Notes: a model not told the origin generated them from the letters alone. 64,000 nucleotides of DNA from Candidatus Poribacteria bacterium (GCA_965222225.1 CBDCTK010000002.1:992001-1056000), one strand, 5' to 3'; shown: positions 50,907 through 61,930, counted from the stretch's first letter. A program made the numbers and translations.

Positions 50907-51275
50907 TCAAATGACCTCGGGTGCCAAGGACACAATTCGTGTGAATTCTCGTTCCCTCAATTCACGTGCAACCGGGCCAAAGATTCTAGTGCCACGTGGT
51001 TGATTTTGAGGGTCAATCAAAACCGCAGCGTTTTTATCAAACTTGATGTATGAACCGTCTGGGCGACGATACCCTTTGGTAGTACGCACAACAACTGCAC
51101 GCACGACTTCTCCCTTTTTCACCTGACTATTGGGATTTGCCTCTTTTACACTTGCAACGATAACATCACCTAACCGAGCATAGCGCTTGCGTGTACCACC
51201 TAACACTCGGATACACATAAGTTTCTTTGCTCCAGTGTTATCCGCGCAAATCAATCTACTTGAGCTTTGAACCAT
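50907..51275 (-). CDS. rplN: 50S ribosomal protein L14
   Basis: [26 protein letters not shown]. Confidence 0.98.
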   Translation of the reverse strand: MVQSSSRLICADNTGAKKLMCIRVLGGTRKRYARLGDVIVASVKEANPNSQVKKGEVVRAVVVRTTKGYRRPDGSYIKFDKNAAVLIDPQNQPRGTRIFGPVARELREREFTRIVSLAPEVI

Positions 51276-51374
51276 ATGGGGTGCTCCTCACTTCACACAT
51301 TAGCCACATAAGTCAAATGGTACAGAAACCGAATTTTCCTGAATTCTCTACCAATTATTTGCACTGCTTATATA

Positions 51375-51659
51375 CTACGAGTTTCTGTCGCCACCTGATT
51401 CCGCTTTTGCTGTGATTTGGCGAACACGCCATTTTTTTCGGCGACTAAGCGGACGCGATTCAATGACCTGCACCACATCCCCGATTGTACAAGTATTCTG
51501 TTCATCATGAGCCAGAACCTTTGTCGTGCGTCTCACGATTTTCTTATAAAGTCGATGCCGGTAGGTTCGCGTGATGGCTACTACAACTGTCTTGTCCATC
51601 CGGTTGCTAGTCACAACACCAGTTTGATTTTTGCGATGTCCTCGTTTCTCTTGAGTCAA
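51375..51659 (-). CDS. rpsQ: 30S ribosomal protein S17
   Basis: MDKTVVV, AHDE.N, ESRPLS..K.W. Confidence 0.97.
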   Translation of the reverse strand: MTQEKRGHRKNQTGVVTSNRMDKTVVVAITRTYRHRLYKKIVRRTTKVLAHDEQNTCTIGDVVQVIESRPLSRRKKWRVRQITAKAESGGDRNS

Positions 51660-51683
51660 GCTTATCCTCTCTTTAACTTTGAA

Positions 51684-51890
51684 CTATGGGGCACTTTCAA
51701 TTCCGTGCTCTCGTGCCCTAAGAATTGTTTTTATCCGTGCAATATCGTGCCTCATTTTCTTTAACTGAGACGTATCTTCAAGTTGTCCGAGGATGTTTCG
51801 AAATCGCTGATTGAATAAACTCTCTTTGAGATTCGAAAGCTCGCTCGTCAGGTCTACGACAGATTGAATCCGTAGCTCTTTAGCGGTCAT
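51684..51890 (-). CDS. rpmC: 50S ribosomal protein L29
   Basis: LFNQRF...GQL, DIARIKT.L. Confidence 0.95.
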   Translation of the reverse strand: MTAKELRIQSVVDLTSELSNLKESLFNQRFRNILGQLEDTSQLKKMRHDIARIKTILRAREHGIESAP

Positions 51891-51892
51891 AA

Positions 51893-52315
51893 TCAATAAT
51901 CTCCGCCTCTGCTTATGAATTTTGTTTTAAGCGGAAGTTTGTGCGAAGCAAGCCGCATCGCCTCTTTTGCTTCTTCAATAGAAACACCACTCAACTCGTA
52001 GAGTACACGCCCGGGTTTAACCACTGCCACCCAGTATTCAGGTGGTCCCTTTCCACTGCCCATTCGTGTTTCAGCAGGTTTTTTGGTAACAGGTTTGTGA
52101 GGAAAAATTTTAATCCAAACCTTGCCACCTCGTCGAACATGGCGTGTTATTGCAACTCGAGCCGACTCAATTTGACGGCTCGTGATCCAACCACATTCCA
52201 TTGATTGCAGACCGTATTCGCCAAAGTTAATTCGCGAACCGCGATAAGGGTGCCCGCGCCGCTTTCCGCGCTGTACTTTACGGTATCGCACCCGTTTGGG
52301 CATCAACATTGCCAA
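51893..52315 (-). CDS. rplP: 50S ribosomal protein L16
   Basis: [22 protein letters not shown]. Confidence 0.98.
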   Translation of the reverse strand: MAMLMPKRVRYRKVQRGKRRGHPYRGSRINFGEYGLQSMECGWITSRQIESARVAITRHVRRGGKVWIKIFPHKPVTKKPAETRMGSGKGPPEYWVAVVKPGRVLYELSGVSIEEAKEAMRLASHKLPLKTKFISRGGDY

Positions 52316-52406
52316 TACTCCTATCTTAACTTATCCGACTCTTCAAAAGCAGCGGGATGCGCATTTAAATCCATCACCACTATCTACTCTTAGCACTATT
52401 AACTTA

Positions 52407-53171
52407 CTAGCGCCATCTACCTGAACCTCGACGTCTCGTCGATTCATCATCGCCGAAACGTTCGCCACGTCGGCGTGGACGGGATGGACTTGCTCCGGGC
52501 CCCGTTGCCGTTTGCACAGATGATTCCTCGTGTAAAGTTTCGGCAGTACCAATCACCTCGCCTTTGAAAATCCACGTTTTGACTCCTATTTTGCCGTACG
52601 TCGTATCTGGCTCACAAAACCCATAGTCAATTCGCGCCCTAAGGGTATGCAGTGGAACTCTACCTTCGATACTAGTTTCTGTACGCGCCATCTCAATGCC
52701 ACCCAGGCGACCACTAACGGTAGCCTTCACTCCTTGAGCACCAGCACGCATAGATTCGGCGATGCTTCTTTTCACGGCTTGCCTGAAGGGGGATCGTCGC
52801 TGGATTTTCATCGCAATAGCTTCCGCAACCAACTGAGCATCAAGTTCGGGAGTTTTAATTTCCGTTACATTAATGCGAACCGATCGCCCGATAGCTTTCT
52901 CCAAATCCACCTGTAATTTCTCTGCTTCCACGCCACGACGTCCAATGACAATACCGGGGCGCGCCGTATGTATATTTATAGAACATTTATCCGCGACTCG
53001 TTCAACCTCAATCCGCGAAATGCCCGCGCGCGCCAGTTTGTTCTTGATGAACTTCTGAATCTGCAAATCCTCATGGAGCCATACGGCATATTCTTTGTCA
53101 CTATACCACTTGGAATCCCATGTTTCAATGATTCCAAGGCGGAATCCACGCGGATGCGTTTTTTGTCCCAC
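52407..53171 (-). CDS. rpsC: 30S ribosomal protein S3
   Basis: MGQK.HP.GFRLG, ARPGIVIG, GRVPLHTLRA.IDY. Confidence 0.98.
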   Translation of the reverse strand: MGQKTHPRGFRLGIIETWDSKWYSDKEYAVWLHEDLQIQKFIKNKLARAGISRIEVERVADKCSINIHTARPGIVIGRRGVEAEKLQVDLEKAIGRSVRINVTEIKTPELDAQLVAEAIAMKIQRRSPFRQAVKRSIAESMRAGAQGVKATVSGRLGGIEMARTETSIEGRVPLHTLRARIDYGFCEPDTTYGKIGVKTWIFKGEVIGTAETLHEESSVQTATGPGASPSRPRRRGERFGDDESTRRRGSGRWR

Positions 53172-53262
53172 TAAAACCTCCTCAGGCTAAAATGTGCTGA
53201 CCTTGATGCTAGAAACCTTTTGGGTAGTAAGCGAAAGACTGCACATGAGAGATGTCCACAAC

Positions 53263-53616
53263 TTAACTCTCCTTACTATCACTTTCCTCATCCAGCACAA
53301 CGGTAATATGACACCTACGTCGCAGTATCCTATTCGCCATTCCACGTGCTCTTGGTCGAATCCACTTTCGTGTCATTCCCTCATCAATGAAGATTTTTTT
53401 GATGAAGAGATTACTTTCATCAATGGTTGAGTCTTGGTGTTGCGCATTAGCTACGGCAGACCGAATTAATTTCCGAATCACCGCCGATGTCGATTTATGC
53501 ATGAAAGCCAATTCATTCAGAGCATTTTCCACATAACTGTCTCTGACTAAATCCGCCACCAAACGTGCTTTTCGCGGTGCAACTGCCACATTTTTGATGC
53601 TCGCTTTCGCTTCCAT
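53263..53616 (-). CDS. rplV: 50S ribosomal protein L22
   Basis: PRKARLVADL.R, SAVANA, RPRARG, HITVV. Confidence 0.97.
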   Translation of the reverse strand: MEAKASIKNVAVAPRKARLVADLVRDSYVENALNELAFMHKSTSAVIRKLIRSAVANAQHQDSTIDESNLFIKKIFIDEGMTRKWIRPRARGMANRILRRRCHITVVLDEESDSKES

Positions 53617-53642
53617 TCGATAACCTCCCAAACACGCCTTTC

Positions 53643-53912
53643 CTATGCTCTAGAACCCCGTGCGTGCGATCTAAATGTACGGGTGGGAGCAAACTCGCCT
53701 AATTTATGTCCTACCATATTCTCTGTGATATAAACCGGAAAGAACTTCTTTCCATTGTGTATTGCAAGTGTATGACCTATCAGTTCCGGCGTAATCGTCG
53801 AACGTCGAGACCAAGTACGAATGACACGTTTTGTACCGGATCGCTCTAAAGTCTCAATTTTCTTCTGAAGTTTCGGATCTATATAGGGGCCCTTTTTTAC
53901 GGAACGTGCCAT
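53643..53912 (-). CDS. rpsS: 30S ribosomal protein S19
   Basis: [22 protein letters not shown]. Confidence 0.98.
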   Translation of the reverse strand: MARSVKKGPYIDPKLQKKIETLERSGTKRVIRTWSRRSTITPELIGHTLAIHNGKKFFPVYITENMVGHKLGEFAPTRTFRSHARGSRA

Positions 53913-53981
53913 TGTAATTTCCCTTCACAACAAAATCAGCATTCAATTGAACCAACGCTTTTGGTGAATTTATTGTTAGCA

Positions 53982-54806
53982 TTACTTACGGCGGCTAACA
54001 ATAAATTGGCCCGACTTCTTTTTCCGGTTTCGCGTTTTGTACCCTTTAGTTGGAACCCCCCAAGGAGTCACAGGATGTCTACCTCCCGAACTCTTTCCTT
54101 CACCGCCGCCATGCGGATGATCTACTGGATTCATTGCAACACCGCGCACTTTCGGACGCCGTCCCATCCAGCGGGAACGTCCACCCTTTCCTATTGATAT
54201 GTTGGAATGGTCGGCGTTTCCAACTTGCCCAACCGTAGCCATACACCTTAACGGGAGTAAACGAATTTCACCGGATGGCATTCGAAGACGTGCATATCGT
54301 CCCTCGCGGTCTACGAGCTGAGCAGCCACACCCGCACTACGTACTAGTTGCCCTCCTGCACCGGGGACCATCTCCACATTATGTATGGCCGAGCCAAGGG
54401 GAATTTTTTCGAGCGGTAACGCGTTGCCCACTTTAATCTCCGCGTCCGGGCCCGAGTTTAGCATCTCGCCGACCTGGAGCCCTAAAGGCGCCAGGATGTA
54501 GCGTTTTTCGCCGTCCATGTAGTGTAGTAGCGCTATCCGTCCGGAGCGGTTGGGATCGTACTCAATTGAGGCTACCTTAGCCGGTACACCGAACTTATTA
54601 CGCCGAAAGTCGATATCTCGGTATCGTCGCTTATGACCGCCACCACGTCTTCTAACCGTTATTCGGCCCTCGCCATTACGTCCGGCATTTTCCTTTAACC
54701 CTTTGACCAAGGATTTCTCCGGCTTTCGACGGGTAATCTCTTCAAAAGAGTGGCCGGTCATAAATCGCCGACTTGGTGTCACAGGCGAATATATCTTAAC
54801 TGCCAT
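53982..54806 (-). CDS. rplB: 50S ribosomal protein L2
   Basis: [24 protein letters not shown]. Confidence 0.98.
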   Translation of the reverse strand: MAVKIYSPVTPSRRFMTGHSFEEITRRKPEKSLVKGLKENAGRNGEGRITVRRRGGGHKRRYRDIDFRRNKFGVPAKVASIEYDPNRSGRIALLHYMDGEKRYILAPLGLQVGEMLNSGPDAEIKVGNALPLEKIPLGSAIHNVEMVPGAGGQLVRSAGVAAQLVDREGRYARLRMPSGEIRLLPLRCMATVGQVGNADHSNISIGKGGRSRWMGRRPKVRGVAMNPVDHPHGGGEGKSSGGRHPVTPWGVPTKGYKTRNRKKKSGQFIVSRRK

Positions 54807-55015
54807 AATCAATAGCCCTCAAACAAATGGAGCGTTAGGATACTCTCAGCAGGTATTAAGTATGCGAGTTCCATTACCTGCTAAGTTGAAGCAGACTGGT
54901 CAACATATGACCAACCGCCTTGCTATTTCTACCGTGTCGTTCAATGCACAACAACGTCTGTTACAAGTCCCAAGGAGATTAAGAAGTACGACGCGTTATC
55001 GAATGTTCACCTGTA

Positions 55016-55318
55016 TTAGATGGATTCGAAAATCTGAATATCTGTTCCTGGCTCAACTGTAATTATTGCTTTTTTCCAGTGAGGTCGTCTTCCACGACGA
55101 TGCTGAATAAGCTTACCTTGAGGCCTTCCGCGAACACGCAGTGTGCTTACATTAAGAATCTTCCCTTTAAGATCAAGCAGTTCCTCCGCTGCTTGACGAA
55201 TTTCTACTTTGGTAGCGTTAATATCAACTACAAAGGAATATTTATTGGACGATTCGCGAAGATTCGTACTTTTTTCTGTGACTAAAGGCTTTAATATGAT
55301 TTGATATAAATCTTTCAT
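55016..55318 (-). CDS. rplW: 50S ribosomal protein L23
   Basis: PLVTEKS, ATK.EIR.A, WKKAI.T. Confidence 0.96.
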   Translation of the reverse strand: MKDLYQIILKPLVTEKSTNLRESSNKYSFVVDINATKVEIRQAAEELLDLKGKILNVSTLRVRGRPQGKLIQHRRGRRPHWKKAIITVEPGTDIQIFESI

Positions 55319-55980
55319 TGCTCCGACACTTGCTCATTCACACTGTCATTCGGTTGAACGAATTTCATCTGCAACTTCTCGATAGCCGGCTCGGTGATTA
55401 CAATCTTGTCGTGCCCTAAGATATCGTAGACATTCAGTACGTCCCATATACACGTACTCACGTAGGCGATATTTCGAACAGATAACTGAATATTTGGATC
55501 TTGTTGATCTAGTACCAAAAGAAGCTTGCCATCCAGATTGAGAGCACCCACGAACTGAATGATATCCTTTGTCCGCGGTCTATCGAACGTAAAACCCTCG
55601 ATGAGAACACATTGGGCATTTTGAAACCTGCTCGCTAGTGCCGAACATAGCCCGAGTCTTCGAACCTTCTTAGGTGTGTGTTGACGATAACTGCGAGGCC
55701 TTGGTCCGAACGCAACACCACCATGCACCCTCGTAGGCGATCCACTGTCCCCGACACGGGCACGCCCAGTTCCTTTTTGGCGGTGCAACTTCCTGCCACT
55801 TGCCCTGACTTCAGAGCGTGTTTTAGCTGAGGATGTGCCGCTACGTTGGTTAGCAAGATGCGCAACAACACATTGATGTAGAACATCTGTATTAACCGGG
55901 GCGTTGATGAATCGGTCTGATAATTCCTTTTGGTGGATTATCTCACCCGAACCGTTGTATACGTCGAAAGTTGCCATCAC
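55315..55980 (-). CDS. rplD: 50S ribosomal protein L4
   Basis: KTRSEV, RQKGTGRAR, GGVAFGPRPR. Confidence 0.97.
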   Translation of the reverse strand: MMATFDVYNGSGEIIHQKELSDRFINAPVNTDVLHQCVVAHLANQRSGTSSAKTRSEVRASGRKLHRQKGTGRARVGDSGSPTRVHGGVAFGPRPRSYRQHTPKKVRRLGLCSALASRFQNAQCVLIEGFTFDRPRTKDIIQFVGALNLDGKLLLVLDQQDPNIQLSVRNIAYVSTCIWDVLNVYDILGHDKIVITEPAIEKLQMKFVQPNDSVNEQVSEQ

Positions 55981-56015
55981 AATTGTCCTTCATTCATAAA
56001 TCCGACTTGTCCATG

Positions 56016-56654
56016 CTACACACCTGCCTTGACAGCTTTGTTAATCAACAATAATCCATTCATTGGCCCAGGCACAGCGCCTTTAACCAACAGAAGGCTC
56101 CTATCAGCGTCCGCCTGGATGACTTGTAGATTCTGAATTGTGACTCGTCTACCACCGTGTCGCCCAGGCATTCGCTTACCTTTAAACACCCGAGATGGAT
56201 ATGAACTCGCGCCAATTGATCCGGGTCGTCGAAGGTCCTGTTCCCCACCATGGCTCTTTTTCCCTCCGGCAAAGCCGTACCGTCTGACTACTCCCGTGAA
56301 TCCAAGCCCTTTTGAAGTGCCGGTTACATCAACGTACTCTCCAACCGAAAATATGCCTGAATCAATCATCAAGCCTACCGATAGTTGATCGGCATCATCG
56401 ATAGGGAACTCACACAGTACTCGTGGAGGTGTAATACCCGCCTTTTGGATGTGCCCGCGTTCCGGCCGATTGACTTTGTTTTCTTTACGAATTCCAAAGC
56501 CTAGCTGGACGGCCTGATATCCATCTTGGTTTTTGGTCTTGATCTGTACAATTGGGCACGGCCCAGCTTCGATTGCAGTCACCGGAAACGCTTTGCCGGA
56601 TTCATCGAAAACTTGGGTCATCCCTACCTTTTTGCCTATAATTCCTCTAATCAT
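56016..56654 (-). CDS. rplC: 50S ribosomal protein L3
   Basis: GKKVGMTQ, DVTGTSKG.GF.G, KGAVPG. Confidence 0.98.
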   Translation of the reverse strand: MIRGIIGKKVGMTQVFDESGKAFPVTAIEAGPCPIVQIKTKNQDGYQAVQLGFGIRKENKVNRPERGHIQKAGITPPRVLCEFPIDDADQLSVGLMIDSGIFSVGEYVDVTGTSKGLGFTGVVRRYGFAGGKKSHGGEQDLRRPGSIGASSYPSRVFKGKRMPGRHGGRRVTIQNLQVIQADADRSLLLVKGAVPGPMNGLLLINKAVKAGV

Positions 56655-56708
56655 CTACCGCATTCCTGAAATGGTCGCGACAGTTCTATACATACTGCCT
56701 CAACTCGT

Positions 56709-57020
56709 TTATAAAAGTGTGATTTTGACATCAACACCGGCAGGCAGATCCAGGTGCATCAACGCATCTACCGTCTTTGGGGTCGTTTCCAGAATGTCCA
56801 ATATCCGCTTGTGAATTCGCATTTCAAACTGTTCACGCGACTTCTTGTCCTTAAATGTCGACCTCTGGACGGTGTAGACATGCTTTTTCATTGGAAGTGG
56901 AATAGGGCCAGAAACAACTGCCCCTGTTCGTTTTGCCGTATCCGCTATCTGTCTCGACGATTTGTCCAACAACCGGTGATCGAACGCTTTAAGGCGAATG
57001 CGAATTTTCTGATTGTTCAT
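56709..57020 (-). CDS. rpsJ: 30S ribosomal protein S10
   Basis: [25 protein letters not shown]. Confidence 0.98.
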   Translation of the reverse strand: MNNQKIRIRLKAFDHRLLDKSSRQIADTAKRTGAVVSGPIPLPMKKHVYTVQRSTFKDKKSREQFEMRIHKRILDILETTPKTVDALMHLDLPAGVDVKITLL

Positions 57021-57076
57021 CTCAAATTCCCTGTTAGGTGTAAGACTTCGCAGACTGCATCTTGGTAGGATTAATT

Positions 57077-58276
57077 TTACTCAATAACCTTAGACACAAC
57101 GCCTGCGCCAACGGTTTGCCCGCCTTCTCGAATTGCGAATCTGAGTTCCTCTTCTAGAGCAATCGGCTTGGAAAGCTCTACAGTAATCCGAGTGTTGTCT
57201 CCAGGCATTATCATCTCAACACCTTCCGGAAGCAGCATATTACCGGTCACATCAGTTGTGCGAAAATAAAACTGAGGACGATACCCGCTGAAGAATGGTG
57301 TATGCCGTCCGCCTTCTTCTTTTTTCAGAATATAGGTTTCGGCTTCAAATTTGGTATGCGGCGTAATTGTTCCGGGGGCAGCCAACACCTGACCGCGCTC
57401 AACTCCCTTCCGTTCTACGCCACGAATTAGGACACCGACATTGTCACCGGCGCGCCCTTCGTCAAGAAGTTTGCGAAACATCTCTACGCCTGTTGCTACA
57501 GTGGAGTGAGTCGGTCGGAGACCGACAATTTCGACAGTGTCGCCAACATGTACGATTCCGCGTTCCACGCGCCCTGTTACGACTGTACCGCGTCCACTAA
57601 TCGTGAAAATGTCCTCGACGGGCATTAAGTATGGTTTGTCGATGTCTCTCACGGGTTCGGGAATGTAGTCATCGACTTGTGCCATCAAATCAAGAATCGG
57701 CGCACAGGCTTCGCTATTCGGGTCCCCGCCGGATTCCATAGCTTGCAGCGCGGAACCCGTAACAACTGGAATATCGTCCCCTGGGAAATTGTATTCATTC
57801 AACAACTCCCGAACTTCCAACTCGACCAATTCAAGCAATTCGGGATCGTCTACCATATCCGCTTTATTCAAGAACACGACGAGAGAAGGGACGTTGACCT
57901 GTCGTGCAAGAAGAACGTGCTCCCGTGTTTGAGGCATGGGCCCATCAGCAGCAGAAACCACAAGGATGGCTCCATCCATCTGAGCAGCACCCGTAATCAT
58001 GTTCTTGATATAGTCAGCATGACCAGGACAATCCACATGCGCGTAGTGGCGGTTCTCGGTTTCATATTCTACGTGTGCCGTATTGATTGTGATTCCACGC
58101 TCTTTTTCCTCTGGAGCTTTGTCGATCTCCTCATAGGTCATCACATAGTCTTTGCTTGCAATATTCGACAGAACCATGGTTATTGCCGCAGTTAATGTGG
58201 TCTTGCCATGGTCAACGTGGCCGATCGTACCTATATTCACGTGTGGCTTAGTTCTATCAAATTTTTCTTTTGCCAT
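57077..58276 (-). CDS. tuf: Elongation factor Tu
   Basis: [36 protein letters not shown]. Confidence 0.99.
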   Translation of the reverse strand: MAKEKFDRTKPHVNIGTIGHVDHGKTTLTAAITMVLSNIASKDYVMTYEEIDKAPEEKERGITINTAHVEYETENRHYAHVDCPGHADYIKNMITGAAQMDGAILVVSAADGPMPQTREHVLLARQVNVPSLVVFLNKADMVDDPELLELVELEVRELLNEYNFPGDDIPVVTGSALQAMESGGDPNSEACAPILDLMAQVDDYIPEPVRDIDKPYLMPVEDIFTISGRGTVVTGRVERGIVHVGDTVEIVGLRPTHSTVATGVEMFRKLLDEGRAGDNVGVLIRGVERKGVERGQVLAAPGTITPHTKFEAETYILKKEEGGRHTPFFSGYRPQFYFRTTDVTGNMLLPEGVEMIMPGDNTRITVELSKPIALEEELRFAIREGGQTVGAGVVSKVIE

Positions 58277-58383
58277 TTGCTATGAATTTCCTCCTCGCAT
58301 AGATAAGCGAAAAACCTTTAAGGCTTGTTAAAACAATACAAAACTAGCTTATGTGGCTTCAATGCCACATGGTATCGAAGCCG

Positions 58384-60522
58384 CTATGAAACTTTTTTCA
58401 AGGAAATGATGTCTTGCGCAACGCTGGAAGGTACACCGCTGTAATGTGAAAACTCCATGGAATAATTTGCGCGTCCTTGTGTCAAAGAACGAAGTGCTTT
58501 AACATACCCAAACATTTCGGAAAGCGGCACTGAAGCTTGAATCACATGGACACGCGATTTCTGTTGAAGATCCGTTTGAAGAATTTGCGCGCGACGCGCA
58601 TTTAAATCTCCAATAACCTTGCCCAAATATTCATCAGGGACAATAACTTCCACTTTCATAATTGGTTCAAGCAGAAGCGGCCCGGCGCGTTTTACAGCTT
58701 CTTTGAATGCTATTGAGGCTGCGATTGAAAACGCCATTTCGGACGAATCTACAGCATGGAAGGAACCATCGTATAACCGTGCACCCACATCAACAACAGG
58801 ATAACCCGCCAACACTCCAGTATTCATGGAATTTTGGATGCCCTTGTTGATTGCCGGGATATATTCTTGAGGTACAACTCCGCCTTTAGTATCATCAACG
58901 AATTCATACTCTGAACCTTTTTCTAGCGGGTAAATCTCAATGGCGACATGCCCATATTGCCCGCGTCCGCCCGATTGTCTCACAAACCGTCCTTCTGATG
59001 TAGCGTGCCTTTGAATTGTTTCGCGATATGCAACCTGCGGATTCCCGATGTTTGCCGAAACGTTAAACTCGCGAACCAGCCGATCCACGATAATTTCAAG
59101 GTGTAGTTCGCCCATCCCAGATAACAGGGTTTGGCCTGTCTCACTATCTTGATGGACCTTAAACGTTGGATCTTCCTCCGCCAACTTAAGAAGTGCCAGA
59201 TTCAACTTGTCTACATCAGATTTCGTACAGGGCTCCACAGCGACAGACATGACCGGCAACGGAAAAACCATTGTGTCCAGCATAATTGGCGCATCCCGAT
59301 CGCAAATTGTGTCACCTGTCGCAATATCCTTTAGCCCAATTGCAGCAACAATGTCGCCAGCATAAACGGCATCTCGTTCCTCGCGCTTGTTTGCGTGCAT
59401 TTGCATGAGCCTACCAACTCTTTCTCGCTTACCACGTGTGCTATTGTAAACGGTTGCCCCTCTAGTTAAAACGCCCGAATAAACGCGCAGGAATGTCAAT
59501 CTACCCACATGCGGATCCGTCATTATCTTGAATACCAAAGCGCAAAAGGGTTCATTGTCATTAGGCAAACGCTCTTCCATTGCTTGAGTTTCAGGGTTCA
59601 GAGCTTTGATTGGAGGTACATCAATAGGTGAAGGAAGATATGAAACTACCGCATCCAAAAGCGGTTGCACACCCTTGTTTTTCAAAGCCGAACCACATAG
59701 GACAGGTACAACGTTTCCACATAAAGTAGCATTTCTTAAGCCTGTTCTAATTTCGGTCTCAGACAACTCGATACCGTCAAAAAATTTCGCTAATAAATCA
59801 TCATCCCATTCAACGATGGTTTCAATCAGTTTCGCGCGGTACTCGGCAACCATTCCCATCATCTCTTCAGGAATGTCAATTTCATGGACAGTGGTGCCTA
59901 GATTCGCTTCATCCCACGCGAATCCCTTGAATTCTATAAGATCCACAACGCCTCTGAATTGCTCCGCGGATCCAATTGGCAATTGAATTGGAACAGCGGT
60001 TGTGCCAAGCCGATCAGCCATCATCTCAACTGTTCGAAAGAAATCGGCGCCCGTGCGGTCCATCTTGTTAATTAGAGCCACGCGCGGCACACTGTATTTA
60101 TCTGCCTGTCTCCAGACTGTTTCTGATTGAGGTTCGACACCGCCAACAGCACAAAAAACTGCTACAGCGCCATCAAGTACCCGTAAGGATCTCTCAACTT
60201 CAACAGTAAAATCTATGTGTCCAGGAGTATCGATGATATTGATGCGATTGTCTTTCCATTGACAGGCGGTTGCTGCCGCAGTGATTGTGATGCCACGCTC
60301 CTGTTCTTGGACCATCCAGTCCATCGTGGTCGTACCTTCATGTACCTCGCCTAAACGGTGCACACGACCCGTATAGTACAGAATCCGCTCAGTTATGGTC
60401 GTTTTTCCAGCATCAATGTGTGCCATAATGCCGATGTTCCGCGTGGCAGCTAAACCAAAACGGCGCGGATCTATTGATCTACGACTTTCAAATGTGGACT
60501 GCTGTTTTTCCCCAGACTTCAT
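58384..60522 (-). CDS. fusA: Elongation factor G
   Basis: [35 protein letters not shown]. Confidence 0.99.
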   Translation of the reverse strand: MKSGEKQQSTFESRRSIDPRRFGLAATRNIGIMAHIDAGKTTITERILYYTGRVHRLGEVHEGTTTMDWMVQEQERGITITAAATACQWKDNRINIIDTPGHIDFTVEVERSLRVLDGAVAVFCAVGGVEPQSETVWRQADKYSVPRVALINKMDRTGADFFRTVEMMADRLGTTAVPIQLPIGSAEQFRGVVDLIEFKGFAWDEANLGTTVHEIDIPEEMMGMVAEYRAKLIETIVEWDDDLLAKFFDGIELSETEIRTGLRNATLCGNVVPVLCGSALKNKGVQPLLDAVVSYLPSPIDVPPIKALNPETQAMEERLPNDNEPFCALVFKIMTDPHVGRLTFLRVYSGVLTRGATVYNSTRGKRERVGRLMQMHANKREERDAVYAGDIVAAIGLKDIATGDTICDRDAPIMLDTMVFPLPVMSVAVEPCTKSDVDKLNLALLKLAEEDPTFKVHQDSETGQTLLSGMGELHLEIIVDRLVREFNVSANIGNPQVAYRETIQRHATSEGRFVRQSGGRGQYGHVAIEIYPLEKGSEYEFVDDTKGGVVPQEYIPAINKGIQNSMNTGVLAGYPVVDVGARLYDGSFHAVDSSEMAFSIAASIAFKEAVKRAGPLLLEPIMKVEVIVPDEYLGKVIGDLNARRAQILQTDLQQKSRVHVIQASVPLSEMFGYVKALRSLTQGRANYSMEFSHYSGVPSSVAQDIISLKKVS

Positions 60523-60573
60523 TAACTAAGACTCACCTTAACGAGATTTTATAAAACTTCCGTCAGGAAGCAC

Positions 60574-61044
60574 TTACCATCGATAATGGGCAAACGCACG
60601 GTTCGCTTCTGCCATTCGATGTTGTTCAAACTTTCTACGAATTGCGGCGCCTTCGTTTTTCGAAGCATCTATCAGCTCGCCTGCCAAACGTGCTTCCATT
60701 GTTTTTTCTCCTCGCGCCCTTGCCGATTGGAGAATCCACCTAAACGCCAACGTTGTACGCCGTTCTGCCTTAACATCAACGGGAACCTGATAGGTCTGTC
60801 CGCCAACACGACGTGAACGAACTTCCAAAACAGGTTTAACATTATTTATCGCTTGACGAAAAACAGTATGACCATCCTGTTTGGCCCTAGTGGCTACTAT
60901 ATCCAAACTCCCATACAATACCCTCTGAGCAGTACTTCTCTTTCCATCCAGCATCAAGCAATTCACAAACTTTGTAATCAGCGTGCTATCATAATTAGGG
61001 TCCGGCAATAACTCTCGCTTGACAGCAATCCTGCGTCTTGGCAT
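60574..61044 (-). CDS. rpsG: 30S ribosomal protein S7
   Basis: SRRVGGQTYQVP, HRMAEANRAFAHYRW. Confidence 0.98.
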   Translation of the reverse strand: MPRRRIAVKRELLPDPNYDSTLITKFVNCLMLDGKRSTAQRVLYGSLDIVATRAKQDGHTVFRQAINNVKPVLEVRSRRVGGQTYQVPVDVKAERRTTLAFRWILQSARARGEKTMEARLAGELIDASKNEGAAIRRKFEQHRMAEANRAFAHYRW

Positions 61045-61098
61045 ATTCCCCTCCATCCGAGACCAAAAACCAACATCAAAGTCTCAGGCTTAACATTT

Positions 61099-61470
61099 CT
61101 AGCCAGCTTTTTTCGCTCCATATTTCGATCGTCCTTGCCGACGATTCTCAACCCCTGCTGTATCCAATGTTCCTCGAACTATATGATATCTGACATTGGA
61201 TAAATCTTTGACCCTACCACCCCGCACCAACACAACCGAATGCTCCTGAAGATTGTGATCGATTCCAGGAATGTAACATGTAGCTTCAAGCCCCGTTGTG
61301 AATCGCACACGTGCAACTTTTCGCAGGGCGGAATTCGGTTTCTTGGGGTTTACGGTCTTTACCTGCAAGCAAATTCCACGCCTCTGTGGGCAACTTTGAA
61401 GCACCGGGGATTTTGTCTGCTTGACACTTTTTTTTCGTGGTTTTCTTACTAATTGATTGATTGTTGGCAT
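61099..61470 (-). CDS. rpsL: 30S ribosomal protein S12
   Basis: [31 protein letters not shown]. Confidence 0.98.
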   Translation of the reverse strand: MPTINQLVRKPRKKSVKQTKSPVLQSCPQRRGICLQVKTVNPKKPNSALRKVARVRFTTGLEATCYIPGIDHNLQEHSVVLVRGGRVKDLSNVRYHIVRGTLDTAGVENRRQGRSKYGAKKAG

Positions 61471-61557
61471 ATTCTACTCCGGCGAAGCAATTGGCAATTT
61501 TCCACGTCAAATTACACCTGAGCGTTCAAAGCGAGAACAACGAGTGCTGGTTTGGGG

Positions 61558-61584
61558 ATTCTAGCATTTTTTCAACGTAGTCAA
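61558..61584 (-). promoter_or_regulatory. Possible rpsL (str operon) promoter
   Basis: TTGACT-15 nt-TAGAAT with extended -10 TG; spacer is short. Confidence 0.45.
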
Positions 61585-61706
61585 CCCTCATCTCCCTGTG
61601 GCCTCCAAGCGGGAACCGTTTTCGGTCTAACACTGGCATTCTCAACGACACGTAAAATTACTTGATTCCAGAATAAAGCGTCATTTCTAAACGGTGGCAC
61701 AAAAAT

Positions 61707-61728
61707 AATTTGAGACAAATTTGAGACA
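61707..61728. repeat. Perfect 11-bp tandem repeat AATTTGAGACA x2
   Basis: Read directly. Confidence 0.85.
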
Positions 61729-61754
61729 AAGGGAAACAAACTCGATTGAATAGA

Positions 61755-61780
61755 CAAAAATAAAGCCCCGAAAGGGGCTC
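61755..61780 (-). terminator. Intrinsic terminator
   Basis: AGCCCC-TTTC-GGGGCT followed by TTATTTTT on the minus strand. Confidence 0.75.
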
Positions 61781-61895
61781 ACATAGACATCTTCTCAATT
61801 AAAAACCAACATTAACTAACCAAAGATAATAAAGGTTTTTCGGAATAGATAGCCTCCCTTTCTGCAACAGTCAGTAGGGCCAATGTGACACCAAG
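61755..61895 (-). ncRNA. Candidate ~140-nt small transcript (sRNA, micro-ORF mRNA or attenuated leader)
   Basis: Bounded by a perfect promoter and a terminator; no ATG-initiated ORF follows its SD-like AAAGGGAGG; family not recognised. Confidence 0.45.
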
Positions 61896-61901
61896 GTTGG
61901 A

Positions 61902-61930
61902 ATTATACCAAACCAGTTTTTCAATGTCAA
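61902..61930 (-). promoter_or_regulatory. Consensus sigma70 promoter with extended -10
   Basis: TTGACA-17 nt-TATAAT with TG one base upstream of the -10. Confidence 0.82.

Noticed and set aside
57677-58195. Long antisense ORFs over tuf and other conserved genes (also 4736..5233, 18847..19347, 40542..41045)
   Set aside because: Shadow frames of well-supported genes with no motifs of their own.
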